Source of the DNA: Alphaproteobacteria bacterium
GTDB lineage: Bacteria; Pseudomonadota; Alphaproteobacteria; CALMVH01
Length of the DNA: 64,000 bases
Direction: 5' to 3'
Assembly: GCA_965199335.1 (NCBI GenBank)
Contig: CBDAQZ010000004.1
Location: 448,666 to 512,665, forward strand
The position numbers and the translations under genes were made by a program. This document shows positions 41,444 through 51,725 of the stretch, piece by piece; the stretch's first letter is position 1; every line of letters begins with the position of its first letter. Under the pieces are notes generated by a model. The model searched no databases. It worked only from the letters and a program-made list of their open reading frames with translations, and was not told the DNA's origin.

Positions 41444-41917
41444 ATGCCGCATTCATCGGATGAACTGAATCCCGTAATGAAGGTGGCGCTTCCTGTGGTC
41501 TTGTTCCTGGGCATTCTGGGCAATTCGACCCCGCGACCAAGGGCCGATGTCCCGGCGCCCAAGGATTTTAGCGGCGCTATCGCTGCCGACGTGGACAAGG
41601 CCGTGGAGGCAGTCCGCAACCAGCCTGCGGAGCGGCAGGTCATGATGCGCAATGAGCTTGTGCGAATCAACAATACGTTCTGCACGGTGGTTTCGCCCGA
41701 TCCGTGCTACAGGGGCGACCGAAGGATGCCGCTTGAAGAAGCCGCAAGCCTGATCAAGGCCAACGGCGAACTGCTGGGCGGGAATCACGTCCCGGACGCC
41801 ACGATGGCGCGACAGGCATGCGCGGCGGAGAAACTTCAATCCAGTCTGAGCAGCCTGCGCGTTTTCTTACGGGCTGTAGATACAGTGCCTTGCACGGGTC
41901 ACCCGGTAAATCCCTGA
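41444..41917 (+). CDS. Hypothetical secreted protein
   Basis: Signal-like N-terminus with no recognisable family, located next to tRNA-Gly. Confidence 0.4.
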   Translation: MPHSSDELNPVMKVALPVVLFLGILGNSTPRPRADVPAPKDFSGAIAADVDKAVEAVRNQPAERQVMMRNELVRINNTFCTVVSPDPCYRGDRRMPLEEAASLIKANGELLGGNHVPDATMARQACAAEKLQSSLSSLRVFLRAVDTVPCTGHPVNP

Positions 41918-41947
41918 CCAAGCTTACTGGGCCGCAGCCTACGAATA

Positions 41948-42781
41948 CTAAAGCTTCGGCACCCTCAGCGGTTTTGCGAACTTGTGAAGATGAGCCCCTT
42001 CGCTGTCGGCATTGGCAAGGCGACGGGGGAACGTGGAATGCGGATTGTCCCCTGTTGTAGACCAGTGATCGAACGTTTCGCCGGGATCATGATCTTTTTC
42101 ATAAGCCTTGCGGGAAAACGGCTCCAGTTTTGTCAGGGCTCTTTTGTAGCCCTTCGGGTTGGCGCTGAGTTCGACTGCCCCTACATCCGCATCGTCTTCA
42201 TAGACAGCCGAACCGATGGATTGCGGTCCCGGATTTTTCAAGAAGAGGGTCCGCTTTTCCTGAATCTGCGCCTCATGCACCAGTTCATGCGCAGTCGCGT
42301 AACCCAACTCGTCGCTTGTCATGTCCGGGCCCTTCTTGGATGTCAGGTCCTCGCGGTAAGTGATCAGGCCGCCGATATCCTCGTGTCCCCCCTGGACCGT
42401 GATTGGATCCTCGTTTGCATCCTTCGAGCTTGCCAGCGTGCCGTCCGCGCCCGGCTTCAGGGTGACGCGCACGATGTTGGGAACATGGTCCAGCCCCAGC
42501 TCGGCGGAATAGAGGGCGACCTTGTTCAGATAGGCCTTTTCCGCCCTGGAATGCTTGCGGTTGGGATCGTTGATCCATGTAAAATGATCGACCCCTTCCT
42601 CGGCGGGATGGGCCATGTCCTTCATGAATTCCGGCGTCAGCGGAAGGTTGGCCAGGGTTACGTGCGAGGCGCCTTTATTGTAAATCGACGCTTCGCCTTG
42701 ATCCGGCGCGGGCGCAGTGCTTTGCGACAGGGCCGATCCCGTCAGCAGAAGCGTAGCCAGAAGTCGTTTTCCCGCACTCAT
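41948..42781 (-). CDS. Hypothetical secreted protein with an HExxH motif, a possible metallopeptidase-like fold
   Basis: Signal peptide MSAGKRLLATLLLTGSALSQS and the motif ATAHELVHEAQ. The start was set at M25 of the longer ORF. Confidence 0.45.
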   Translation of the reverse strand: MSAGKRLLATLLLTGSALSQSTAPAPDQGEASIYNKGASHVTLANLPLTPEFMKDMAHPAEEGVDHFTWINDPNRKHSRAEKAYLNKVALYSAELGLDHVPNIVRVTLKPGADGTLASSKDANEDPITVQGGHEDIGGLITYREDLTSKKGPDMTSDELGYATAHELVHEAQIQEKRTLFLKNPGPQSIGSAVYEDDADVGAVELSANPKGYKRALTKLEPFSRKAYEKDHDPGETFDHWSTTGDNPHSTFPRRLANADSEGAHLHKFAKPLRVPKL

Positions 42782-42904
42782 GAGGCGAGCATAATACAAA
42801 TGCCCGTTGTGGTCCAGAAATGAGGCATTCAAAAGATTGACATTCGGCGGCAAGCCGGATACTTCGCCCGCACCCTAGTTAACCATCAACCTCGCGGGAT
42901 CATA

Positions 42905-44095
<1,191 letters not shown>

Positions 44096-44132
44096 CAGCC
44101 GTCGCGGATTAACCCTCGCACGGCGTAAATGG

Positions 44133-44168
44133 AAAGCCCCGGCTACGATGCCGGGGCTTTTTGTTTGC
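44133..44168 (+). terminator. Rho-independent terminator after tuf
   Basis: The sequence is agccccggctacgatgccggggct followed by ttttgtttg. Confidence 0.7.
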
Positions 44169-44218
44169 GTGTACCGTTTAAAAATGCTAACAAATAGTAA
44201 ATATTTATAGGACTTTAA

Positions 44219-45484
44219 ATGCAACGGTCGGCTGAAATTTTCTTAGGCGCCATTCTTGGCCTTGCAACTGCTTCGGGCGGAGTAATGGCGCAAGCGCCTT
44301 CCGACAAGGCGAAGCACGCGAAAGGACCCACAACCGATTACCAGCCGGCTGCCGATTATCCGCAGCTGGAAAGGCTACAGCAGGACTCGATCAAAGGCGT
44401 GGCCACAGCCTCGATAGCGCTGCAGGGCGCCATGAGCACGCCCCTGGACGAGAATCTGAAGATCGGTCTGATGCGCCAAGTCGGCCTGCAAAGCCGTGAA
44501 CTGTGCAAAACGCACCGTGTCGAAGCGTGCCCGGCGAAAAACAAGCCGAAAAGCACCGTGGATATCGAAGACATGGATGATGACGAGTTGCACAGGTATT
44601 GGACCGGCAAGGCATTTGACATCTTCACCCGTGCCGAAACGATCATCACCCAGATCACCGAGGAAGACAGGCGGAAAACCGATGTGCTTTCGACGCGAAC
44701 GGACCGGACGCCCGCGCGCGTGTCCGCCAGCCAGATAGAACGAAACATCAGGGACACCGCGGCTTTGGAGCTGGAAACCAAGGTTTTCAAGGCGGCCGTG
44801 GAAGACGAGAAGGAGGAAGAGCGTCTCGAAGCTATCGAACAAGAGGCCGAAGTAATGGGAATCCCGTCGCCTCCGGCTAAGGATACAGTGGCAGCGCCCG
44901 ATGACAAGCCGGCGTACGTTCCGGGGGCCGATCAGGCGGAATTGTGGTATTTGCAGCAGCAGGCCTGCAGCGCACTGCATGCCGCCGCAGACAGCTTGAC
45001 CGATACGCTCAGGGTGTATCCCTCGGACGGCGTGCTGAGCGAAAAGCAGCTTTTGGCGATCAACGCGACTGTCGCGAAAATGGACATCGATCATCCCGAC
45101 GCGGAATCCCTGGCCGGCAAGCCAACGCTCCAGGCACCGATCCTTCCGATTACGACATCGCTGGATGACGATCTGGATGCGGTGGCTCTTGCCGGCGATA
45201 TCGGACCCGTCGTTCCGCAACCGGGGCCCGATCCGGTCGCCGCACAAAAACCCCTGTCGCCTGCCGACCTGAAGCAGTCGACTGCCGATTTCATGGAAGA
45301 GGCACAGAATTTCATCCAGCAGACATTGCAGGAGCGCGACGAAAACCGCGAAGGCGAGGTACCGGAGAAAAGCATTGTCGTACACGACGTGACGACGATC
45401 TATGCCATCGAGCAGCTTACGCTGACCCTCAGGAAAGTCTTTGCTGAAAAGCCCGCGCTCCCTGCACCGAGGGCTTCGCAATGA
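44219..45484 (+). CDS. Hypothetical secreted acidic protein, 421 aa
   Basis: Signal peptide followed by an acidic, coiled-coil-like sequence with no recognised family. It is inserted between tuf and tRNA-Trp. Confidence 0.45.
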   Translation: MQRSAEIFLGAILGLATASGGVMAQAPSDKAKHAKGPTTDYQPAADYPQLERLQQDSIKGVATASIALQGAMSTPLDENLKIGLMRQVGLQSRELCKTHRVEACPAKNKPKSTVDIEDMDDDELHRYWTGKAFDIFTRAETIITQITEEDRRKTDVLSTRTDRTPARVSASQIERNIRDTAALELETKVFKAAVEDEKEEERLEAIEQEAEVMGIPSPPAKDTVAAPDDKPAYVPGADQAELWYLQQQACSALHAAADSLTDTLRVYPSDGVLSEKQLLAINATVAKMDIDHPDAESLAGKPTLQAPILPITTSLDDDLDAVALAGDIGPVVPQPGPDPVAAQKPLSPADLKQSTADFMEEAQNFIQQTLQERDENREGEVPEKSIVVHDVTTIYAIEQLTLTLRKVFAEKPALPAPRASQ

Positions 45485-45574
45485 CCGATTGCTCGAATTT
45501 TATTGTCGTTGCGGGTGGAGCGTAATACTATCTGCCGTGTTCAATATCGCGATCAGCCCATCGGGAGCCGGACT

Positions 45575-45964
45575 ATGAGTGAACTGGAAAAGCAGCTGGT
45601 GCAAGCAGAAGACAGGATTCTGGCGCTGGAAACAAGCGTTAACGACCAGGAAACGCGCAAGGAACTCAGCCCGGCACAGGCTGCCGCCGTCATGCAGCTG
45701 GTTCTTGCGGCGGAAACGGGATTGGGCGCCAATGCCGGCTCTGTACCTGCGGCCAACAACCTGAACGCCGGCGCTCTTGCCAGGGGTGCGATGGAACAGA
45801 TGTTCGAGGCCGACTTTCATCAGGGTGCGCCCGGCGCATCTCCCGGTCTGAGCGAACAGACGATGCGCGGCGAAATCGCCGCCGCGGCCAACACCGAACG
45901 AAGCCTCGTCCTTTTGGAAGAACGTGTGCGTGAAACGCTGGCATCGGCCTCTCCTTCCAACTGA
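45575..45964 (+). CDS. Hypothetical protein
   Basis: The start was set at MSELEKQLV, and a strong terminator follows at 45986. Confidence 0.35.
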   Translation: MSELEKQLVQAEDRILALETSVNDQETRKELSPAQAAAVMQLVLAAETGLGANAGSVPAANNLNAGALARGAMEQMFEADFHQGAPGASPGLSEQTMRGEIAAAANTERSLVLLEERVRETLASASPSN

Positions 45965-45985
45965 ATCGGCGCAGCAATTATAGGA

Positions 45986-46014
45986 AACCCGGCCTGAGTG
46001 CCGGGTTTTTTTTA
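45986..46014 (+). terminator. Rho-independent terminator
   Basis: The sequence is aacccggcctgagtgccgggtttttttta. Confidence 0.75.
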
Positions 46015-46110
46015 TGAAAGATTGATTTGCCAGTACGGTCTGAAAAGCAGAAAATGCTTCATGTACCAAGATAGTCTTGGTTGCCGGACAACGAAAGTAC
46101 AGAGAGTACC

Positions 46111-46473
46111 ATGTCGACTAGAAACGAGCTGATCGAAGCCCAGGTTATGGCCCTTGTCCTAAGGGCCGGCAGTATCGATGCGGCGGTAAAACGTGCCCCT
46201 TTGACCAAAAACCAGACGACGAGGGTCGAAAGGAGCATCAGCAGGGTTGCCGAAGCCCTGCATGTCGGCGCCGGCACCGCCAGTTGCGGGATCGGCGTTT
46301 CGCGCATGGCCAACAGGGTTGTCGGCGATATCGTGGCCGATACGGAAGCCAAGGCGGGCGACGGCGTGGACACCCAGGCGGAGATCGATGCAAACGCCCG
46401 GGCGATAGATCTGCTGGGGCTGCTGGATACACATGTGCGGCAGGATCTGGCCCAGAAAGAAATTCCTTCCTGA
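46111..46473 (+). CDS. Hypothetical protein
   Basis: An ORF of about 120 aa with no recognised family. Confidence 0.3.
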   Translation: MSTRNELIEAQVMALVLRAGSIDAAVKRAPLTKNQTTRVERSISRVAEALHVGAGTASCGIGVSRMANRVVGDIVADTEAKAGDGVDTQAEIDANARAIDLLGLLDTHVRQDLAQKEIPS

Positions 46474-46689
46474 CAGCGCAGGATGGTCGTTAATGCGGCG
46501 TGTAATGTCGTGAAGGAAGCGGTGATTCCGTGTTGCAAAGATGCCAAGTCGGTAAAAAAACTTGGTTAAATATGCAATCAAGGCTTGAGCCGCGCGCCTC
46601 TCGCACGTATGAGACGTTCGGTATTCGGGCGCGACCCTGGCCACTCCGGGCAGGGCGTGCCGACCGATGACATTATAAGGAAGATGGAA

Positions 46690-46956
46690 ATGAAGACTCT
46701 CGCTGCTGCCGCTCTGTCGCTGGTTCTGGTTGGATCCGCTGTGCCTGCTTTCGCTCAGATGGGCAACGAAACCACCACGACCACCACCACTGACAACACC
46801 ACCACGATGGGCAACAACACCACCCATCACCACAAGAAGACGACGCATCACAAGAAGACCCACAAGCACACCATGGGCAACAACGCGTCCAACACCACCA
46901 GCTCGACCACCACGGAAGAGCTGAACAACACCGAAGCAACCAACACCACCAAGTAA
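46690..46956 (+). CDS. Small secreted Thr/Asn/His/Lys-rich low-complexity peptide, 88 aa
   Basis: RBS ggaag, signal peptide MKTLAAAALSLVLVGSAVPAFA, then a TTTTTTT...HHHKKTTHHKKTHKH tract with a terminator after it. Confidence 0.45.
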   Translation: MKTLAAAALSLVLVGSAVPAFAQMGNETTTTTTTDNTTTMGNNTTHHHKKTTHHKKTHKHTMGNNASNTTSSTTTEELNNTEATNTTK

Positions 46957-47019
46957 GGTCGGTGCAGGCCGCCGGGTCGGAATTCATGTTCTGACCGGCG
47001 GGCTTCATGTTTGAATGAA

Positions 47020-47058
47020 CCGGCGGACCTTCCGATGGAGGGTCCGCCGGTTTTGTTT
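47020..47058 (+). terminator. Rho-independent terminator
   Basis: The sequence is ccggcggaccttccgatggagggtccgccgg followed by ttttgtttt. Confidence 0.7.
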
Positions 47059-47070
47059 TGCGGGTGACCC

Positions 47071-47691
47071 ATGACAATCGTTTCCACGGCCCTGACCGGC
47101 TTCCTGGTCGGCGGCAGCCTGATCGTCGCGATCGGCCCGCAGAACGCCTTCGTGCTGCGCATGGGGCTGCTGCGCCGCCATGTACTGCCGCTGGTGCTGT
47201 TCTGCGCCACCTCCGATGCGCTTCTGATCCTTGCCGGCGTTCTGGGCTTGGGCGCAGTGCTGTCGGCCCACAGGCAGGCGGCGGATGCGATTGCCATCGG
47301 CGGCGCACTGTTCCTGCTATGGTACGGCTGGAAGTCGCTCAGGCGCGCCCTGCATCCCGCCGGCCTCGACCAGGCTGCCAGCCAATCCGTGTCGCTGCGC
47401 CGGTCGTTGCTGACCTGCGCTGCCTTCACCTGGGGCAATCCGCATGTCTACCTCGACACCGTATTGCTGATCGGCAGCCTGTCGCTGCCCTATCACGGGC
47501 TGGAGCGCGCCGCCTATTCGGGGGGCGCGATGGCCGCCTCCTATGCCTGGTTCGGCGCCCTGGGTTACGGTGCTGGGTTTCTGGTGCCGCTGTTCCGGCG
47601 CCCCGCGACGTGGCGCTTCCTCGACCTTTCCATCGCCCTGGTCATGTGGGCGATCGCCCTGCGGCTGATTTATTCGACGCTTTTCCGATAA
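47071..47691 (+). CDS. LysE/ArgO-family amino acid exporter
   Basis: A 206-aa protein with six TM helices and LysE-type motifs (GPQNAFVL, NPHVYLDT). Confidence 0.8.
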   Translation: MTIVSTALTGFLVGGSLIVAIGPQNAFVLRMGLLRRHVLPLVLFCATSDALLILAGVLGLGAVLSAHRQAADAIAIGGALFLLWYGWKSLRRALHPAGLDQAASQSVSLRRSLLTCAAFTWGNPHVYLDTVLLIGSLSLPYHGLERAAYSGGAMAASYAWFGALGYGAGFLVPLFRRPATWRFLDLSIALVMWAIALRLIYSTLFR

Positions 47692-47816
47692 AGCCATTGC
47701 GTGTCGGCGCGGCCTTGTCTAAACCCTTGTGCTTCCGCGCGTGTAGCAATACAGGCGCGGGAAACTGTGTGTTCGTCATGCCGCTGTACGCGTAGGCGCG
47801 AAAGCGCCTTCACCGA

Positions 47817-47892
47817 AGGGGTGTAGCTCAATTGGTAGAGCGCCGGTCTCCAAAACCGGAGGCTGTGGGTTCGAGCCCCCCCGCCCCTGCCA
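47817..47892 (+). tRNA. tRNA-Trp with anticodon CCA
   Basis: Cloverleaf AGGGGTG...CTCCAAA...TTCGAGC...CGCCCCT-G-CCA, in the conserved position upstream of secE. Confidence 0.85.
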
Positions 47893-47939
47893 GCTGCAAT
47901 GACCGACACAAAACGATTTAACGAGGCGAAACGATCACG

Positions 47940-48137
47940 ATGGCTAGAACGACGCCGGCGCAGTTTGCGCGGCAGGTACGACAGGAAACGGCCAAGATCA
48001 TCTGGCCCACAAGGCGCGAAACGGTCACCACCACGATCGTCGTTTTCGTCATGGTGGCGTTTGCCTCGACGTTTTTATTCATTGCCGACCAGCTGATCGC
48101 CTTCGCGGTGCGCTGGACACTGGGATTGGGAGCTTAG
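47940..48137 (+). CDS. secE: Preprotein translocase subunit SecE
   Basis: A 65-aa single-TM protein immediately upstream of nusG. Confidence 0.85.
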   Translation: MARTTPAQFARQVRQETAKIIWPTRRETVTTTIVVFVMVAFASTFLFIADQLIAFAVRWTLGLGA

Positions 48138-48139
48138 CC

Positions 48140-48676
48140 ATGTCGGCGAAATGGTATGTCGTGCACGTGCACTCGGGTTTCGAAAAGAAGGTCATGCAGG
48201 CCATCCAGGAAAAGGCCGAGAAGATGAATATCGCGCACCAGTTCGAGGAGATCATGGTCCCGACCGAGGGCGTGACCGAGATCCGCCGCGGCCAGAAGAT
48301 CAACACCGAACGCAAGTTCTTCCCCGGCTACGTGCTGGTCAAGATGGACCTGACCGACGAAAGCTGGCACCTAGTGCGCAACGTCGCCAAGGTCACCAAT
48401 TTCCTGGGCGGCGGTTCGCGCCCGCAGCCGATATCGGAATCCGAGGCCGAGCGCCTGATCAGCCAGATGAAAGAGGGCGCGGAGAAGCCGCGCCGTCCGT
48501 CGATCACCTACGAGATCGGCGAGAGCGTGCGCGTGGCCGACGGCCCGTTCACCTCGTTCAACGGCATCGTCGAGGAGGTCGACGAGGAGCGTTCGCGCCT
48601 CAAGGTCGCCGTCTCGATCTTCGGCCGCTCCACCCCTGTCGAGCTGGAATACACCCAGGTCGAAAAGGCGAGCTGA
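48140..48676 (+). CDS. nusG: Transcription termination/antitermination factor NusG
   Basis: WYVVHVHSGFEKKV is the NGN domain, and the C-terminal KOW domain ends ...GDRVRV-like. Confidence 0.95.
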   Translation: MSAKWYVVHVHSGFEKKVMQAIQEKAEKMNIAHQFEEIMVPTEGVTEIRRGQKINTERKFFPGYVLVKMDLTDESWHLVRNVAKVTNFLGGGSRPQPISESEAERLISQMKEGAEKPRRPSITYEIGESVRVADGPFTSFNGIVEEVDEERSRLKVAVSIFGRSTPVELEYTQVEKAS

Positions 48677-48777
48677 CCCTTAGTTTCTTTCACTGTCGTG
48701 GGAGGTCAGCCATGACCGCACCACGGCGCTTCCGGGGCCCTGCACAAAGCCGGGCCCCAACATTTGGAGGTTTATAA

Positions 48778-49212
48778 ATGGCACCGAAGAAGATCGTGGG
48801 CTTCATCAAGCTCCAGGTCCCGGCCGGAAAGGCGAATCCCTCGCCCCCGATCGGTCCTGCGCTTGGACAGAGAGGCCTCAACATCATGGAATTCTGCAAG
48901 GCGTTCAACGCCCGCACGCAGGAGATGGAGCCCGGGATGCCGATCCCGGTCGTCATCACCGCGTTCGCGGACCGGACGTTCAGCTTCGAGATGAAAAGCC
49001 CGCCGAACTCCTACTTCCTGATGAAGGCGGCAGGGATCGACAAGGGCAGCCAGACGACCGGCACGAAGTCGTCGGGCACGATCAAGCGCTCCCAGATCAA
49101 GGAGATCGCAGGCAAGAAAATGCAGGACATGAACGCAACGACGGTCGAGGGCGCAATGGCGATCCTCGAGGGTTCGGCGCGTTCGATGGGCCTGGAAGTG
49201 GTGGAGGGCTAA
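48778..49212 (+). CDS. rplK: 50S ribosomal protein L11
   Basis: A 144-aa canonical L11. Confidence 0.97.
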   Translation: MAPKKIVGFIKLQVPAGKANPSPPIGPALGQRGLNIMEFCKAFNARTQEMEPGMPIPVVITAFADRTFSFEMKSPPNSYFLMKAAGIDKGSQTTGTKSSGTIKRSQIKEIAGKKMQDMNATTVEGAMAILEGSARSMGLEVVEG

Positions 49213-49215
49213 ACC

Positions 49216-49914
49216 ATGAACGGAAAACGTTTGAAGACCGCAAGGGCCACAGTGACGATCGACAAGGTCTACACCGCCGCCGAAGCCGTGAAGCTGGTCA
49301 AGAGCAACGCCAAGGCGAAGTTCGACGAGACGGTCGAGATCTCCATGAACCTGGGCGTCGATCCCAAGCAGAACGACCAGAACGTGCGCGGCATGGTTCA
49401 GCTGCCCAACGGCACCGGCAAGGACATCAAGGTTGCCGTGTTCGCCAAGGGGGACAAGGCTGAAGCGGCAACGGCCGCAGGGGCCGAGTTCGTGGGCGCG
49501 GAAGACCTGGCCGACCGTATCCTGGCGGGCGAGATGGGCTTCGACCGCGTGATCGCCACGCCGGACATGATGATGGTCGTCGGCAAGCTGGGCAAGGTCC
49601 TGGGCCCGCGCGGCCTGATGCCGAACCCGAAGCTGGGCACCGTTACGCCGAACGTCGTGGAAGCGATCAAGGCGGCCAAGGGCGGCGCGGTCGAATTCCG
49701 CGCCGAGAAGGCGGGCATCGTCCACGCCGGCATCGGCAAGGCCAGCTTCAGCGAGGAACAGCTGCTGGGCAACCTGATCGCCTTCGTCACGGCCGTGAAC
49801 CGCGCCAAGCCGTCGGGATCGAAGGGCAACTACATCAAGAAGGTAGGCCTGTCCTCGACCATGGGCCCGGGCGTCAAGCTGGACCTGCAGGCCCTGCTGG
49901 CAGAGGCCGTGTAA
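49216..49914 (+). CDS. rplA: 50S ribosomal protein L1
   Basis: A 232-aa canonical L1. Confidence 0.97.
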   Translation: MNGKRLKTARATVTIDKVYTAAEAVKLVKSNAKAKFDETVEISMNLGVDPKQNDQNVRGMVQLPNGTGKDIKVAVFAKGDKAEAATAAGAEFVGAEDLADRILAGEMGFDRVIATPDMMMVVGKLGKVLGPRGLMPNPKLGTVTPNVVEAIKAAKGGAVEFRAEKAGIVHAGIGKASFSEEQLLGNLIAFVTAVNRAKPSGSKGNYIKKVGLSSTMGPGVKLDLQALLAEAV

Positions 49915-49945
49915 CTAACCCCTCCTCTAGTGGGAGACGGAGCAG

Positions 49946-49978
49946 AAGCCGGGCCGAAAGGTCCGGCTTTTTGCTTTT
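49946..49978 (+). terminator. Rho-independent terminator after rplA
   Basis: The sequence is gccgggccgaaaggtccggc followed by tttttgctttt. Confidence 0.7.
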
Positions 49979-50146
49979 GGCGTCTGCAAAAAGGAGCGTT
50001 TTTGCCGGAACGACCCCATGTACAGTAGCCATGTATCTGATTCTGCAGGACTAAAAAGTGCGATTCGACAGCAAGGCCCGGAGTGCCGGCGACGGGTGCT
50101 TGTCTATGATCCCGATAACGGAGATATTGAGACAAGGACGCATGCC

Positions 50147-51220
50147 ATGCCCGACTTACGAACCACCCAGCCGCCCATAACCCGCGATCCGCGCTGGGAC
50201 AGCATTGTGGCGCGCGATGCCGATGCCGATGGCCGGTTCTGGTATTCGGTGCTGACGACCGGCGTCTATTGCCGGCCCTCCTGCCCGTCGCGCATGGCCA
50301 GGCCTGAAAATGTGACCATCCACGCCACGCTAGCCGAGGCACAGGCGACGGGATACCGCCCGTGCCGCCGCTGCAACCCGCAGGGGCTGTCGGTTGCGGC
50401 GGAGAATGCCGCGCTGGTCGTCAAGGCCTGCCGCCTGATCGAAGCGGCGGAAGACGTGCCCAGTTTGAACGAACTGGCCGAGGCCGCGCAGCTCAGCCCG
50501 CACTACTTCCACCGGCTGTTCAAAAGCGTCACCGGCGTCACGCCCCGCGCCTATGCCATGGCGCACCGCGCGGCGCGCGTGCGGCAGGGGCTGACGACGG
50601 ACCGGACGGTGACCCAGGCGCTGCACCAGGCGGGCTTCGCCTCCAGCGGCCGGTTCTACGAGGCAGCGCCGGGCATGCTGGGCATGAGCCCCGGCCGCTA
50701 CCGCGCCGGCGCCCCGGGCGAAACCCTGCATTTCGCCATAGGACAGTGCTCGCTGGGCGCGATCCTGGTCGCCTCCAGCGCCAAGGGGGTGGTGGCGATC
50801 CTGATCGGCGACGACCCGGACGCCCTGGCCCGCGACCTGCAGGACCGGTTCAGGCACGCGCAGCTGGTCGGCGCGGATGCCGGCTACGAAATGCTGGTGG
50901 CAAAGGCGATCGGCCTGGTCGAAACGCCCGGCACCGGGCTGGACCTGCCGCTGGACATTCGCGGCACCAGCTTCCAGCAGAAGGTATGGCAGGCGTTGCG
51001 GCAGGTACCGGTGGGCCGGACCGCAACCTACAGCCAGATCGCGGCCAGTATCGGCGCGCCGGGGTCGGTCCGCGCCGTGGCGGGCGCCTGCGCCGCGAAC
51101 CCGCTGGCAATCGCCATACCCTGCCACCGCGTCGTGCGCACCGATGGGAGCCTGTCGGGCTATCGCTGGGGCGTGGAACGCAAGCGGGCGCTGATAGAGC
51201 GGGAGGCGGCTACGGGGTGA
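50147..51220 (+). CDS. ada: Bifunctional Ada: AraC-type regulator plus O6-methylguanine-DNA methyltransferase
   Basis: N-terminal Cys4 methylphosphotriester domain (CRPSCPSR...CRRC), an AraC HTH, and the C-terminal MGMT active site PCHRVV. Confidence 0.85.
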   Translation: MPDLRTTQPPITRDPRWDSIVARDADADGRFWYSVLTTGVYCRPSCPSRMARPENVTIHATLAEAQATGYRPCRRCNPQGLSVAAENAALVVKACRLIEAAEDVPSLNELAEAAQLSPHYFHRLFKSVTGVTPRAYAMAHRAARVRQGLTTDRTVTQALHQAGFASSGRFYEAAPGMLGMSPGRYRAGAPGETLHFAIGQCSLGAILVASSAKGVVAILIGDDPDALARDLQDRFRHAQLVGADAGYEMLVAKAIGLVETPGTGLDLPLDIRGTSFQQKVWQALRQVPVGRTATYSQIAASIGAPGSVRAVAGACAANPLAIAIPCHRVVRTDGSLSGYRWGVERKRALIEREAATG

Positions 51221-51665
51221 CGTGGAGTGCGTATTGCCCCGATCCCATCGGATCCTCGGGCGCGTGCACGCCATAGACGACATCCAGGAAGATTGTCCCG
51301 TTCGGCGCCTTCAGCGCCGACGGCAATGCCGTCAAAACCCCGTTCCGGAAAGTCACGGTCCTGCCCCGGTCGGTCACTGCAAGCTCGGGGGAGGTGGTAA
51401 CGTCGGTGGTTTTTCCCGAAACGTCGGTCGCCGAGACGACAATCGTATTCGGTGTACCGACGGCGACCTCGGGAATCCCGGGATTTGCTACCATGCCGTC
51501 GTTTTCTGTCAGAATGGCGCCGTTCAATGTGACGGTGAGCCTGTACTCGGGATAGGCTCTTTCACCGCTGGCCGCTTTGTATGAGACCAGCACCAGAAGA
51601 AAAGCCAATGCGCTTGGCCGCAAGCTATCCATCAGACCGGAAACAGTCTTCTGATCGATTTTCAT
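51210..51665 (-). CDS. Hypothetical secreted protein
   Basis: Signal peptide after MKIDQKT. It lies downstream of leuS, with a repeat half-copy just upstream. Confidence 0.45.
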   Translation of the reverse strand: MKIDQKTVSGLMDSLRPSALAFLLVLVSYKAASGERAYPEYRLTVTLNGAILTENDGMVANPGIPEVAVGTPNTIVVSATDVSGKTTDVTTSPELAVTDRGRTVTFRNGVLTALPSALKAPNGTIFLDVVYGVHAPEDPMGSGQYALHVTP

Positions 51666-51683
51666 CCTATGCCTCCGTCGAAA

Positions 51684-51712
51684 GGGATCCCGGATCAAGT
51701 CCGGGATGACAG
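51684..51712. repeat. Half-copy of the dispersed element, copy g
   Basis: The sequence is gggatcccggatcaagtccgggatgacagc. Confidence 0.5.
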
Positions 51713-51725
51713 CTATGCGATCGGC

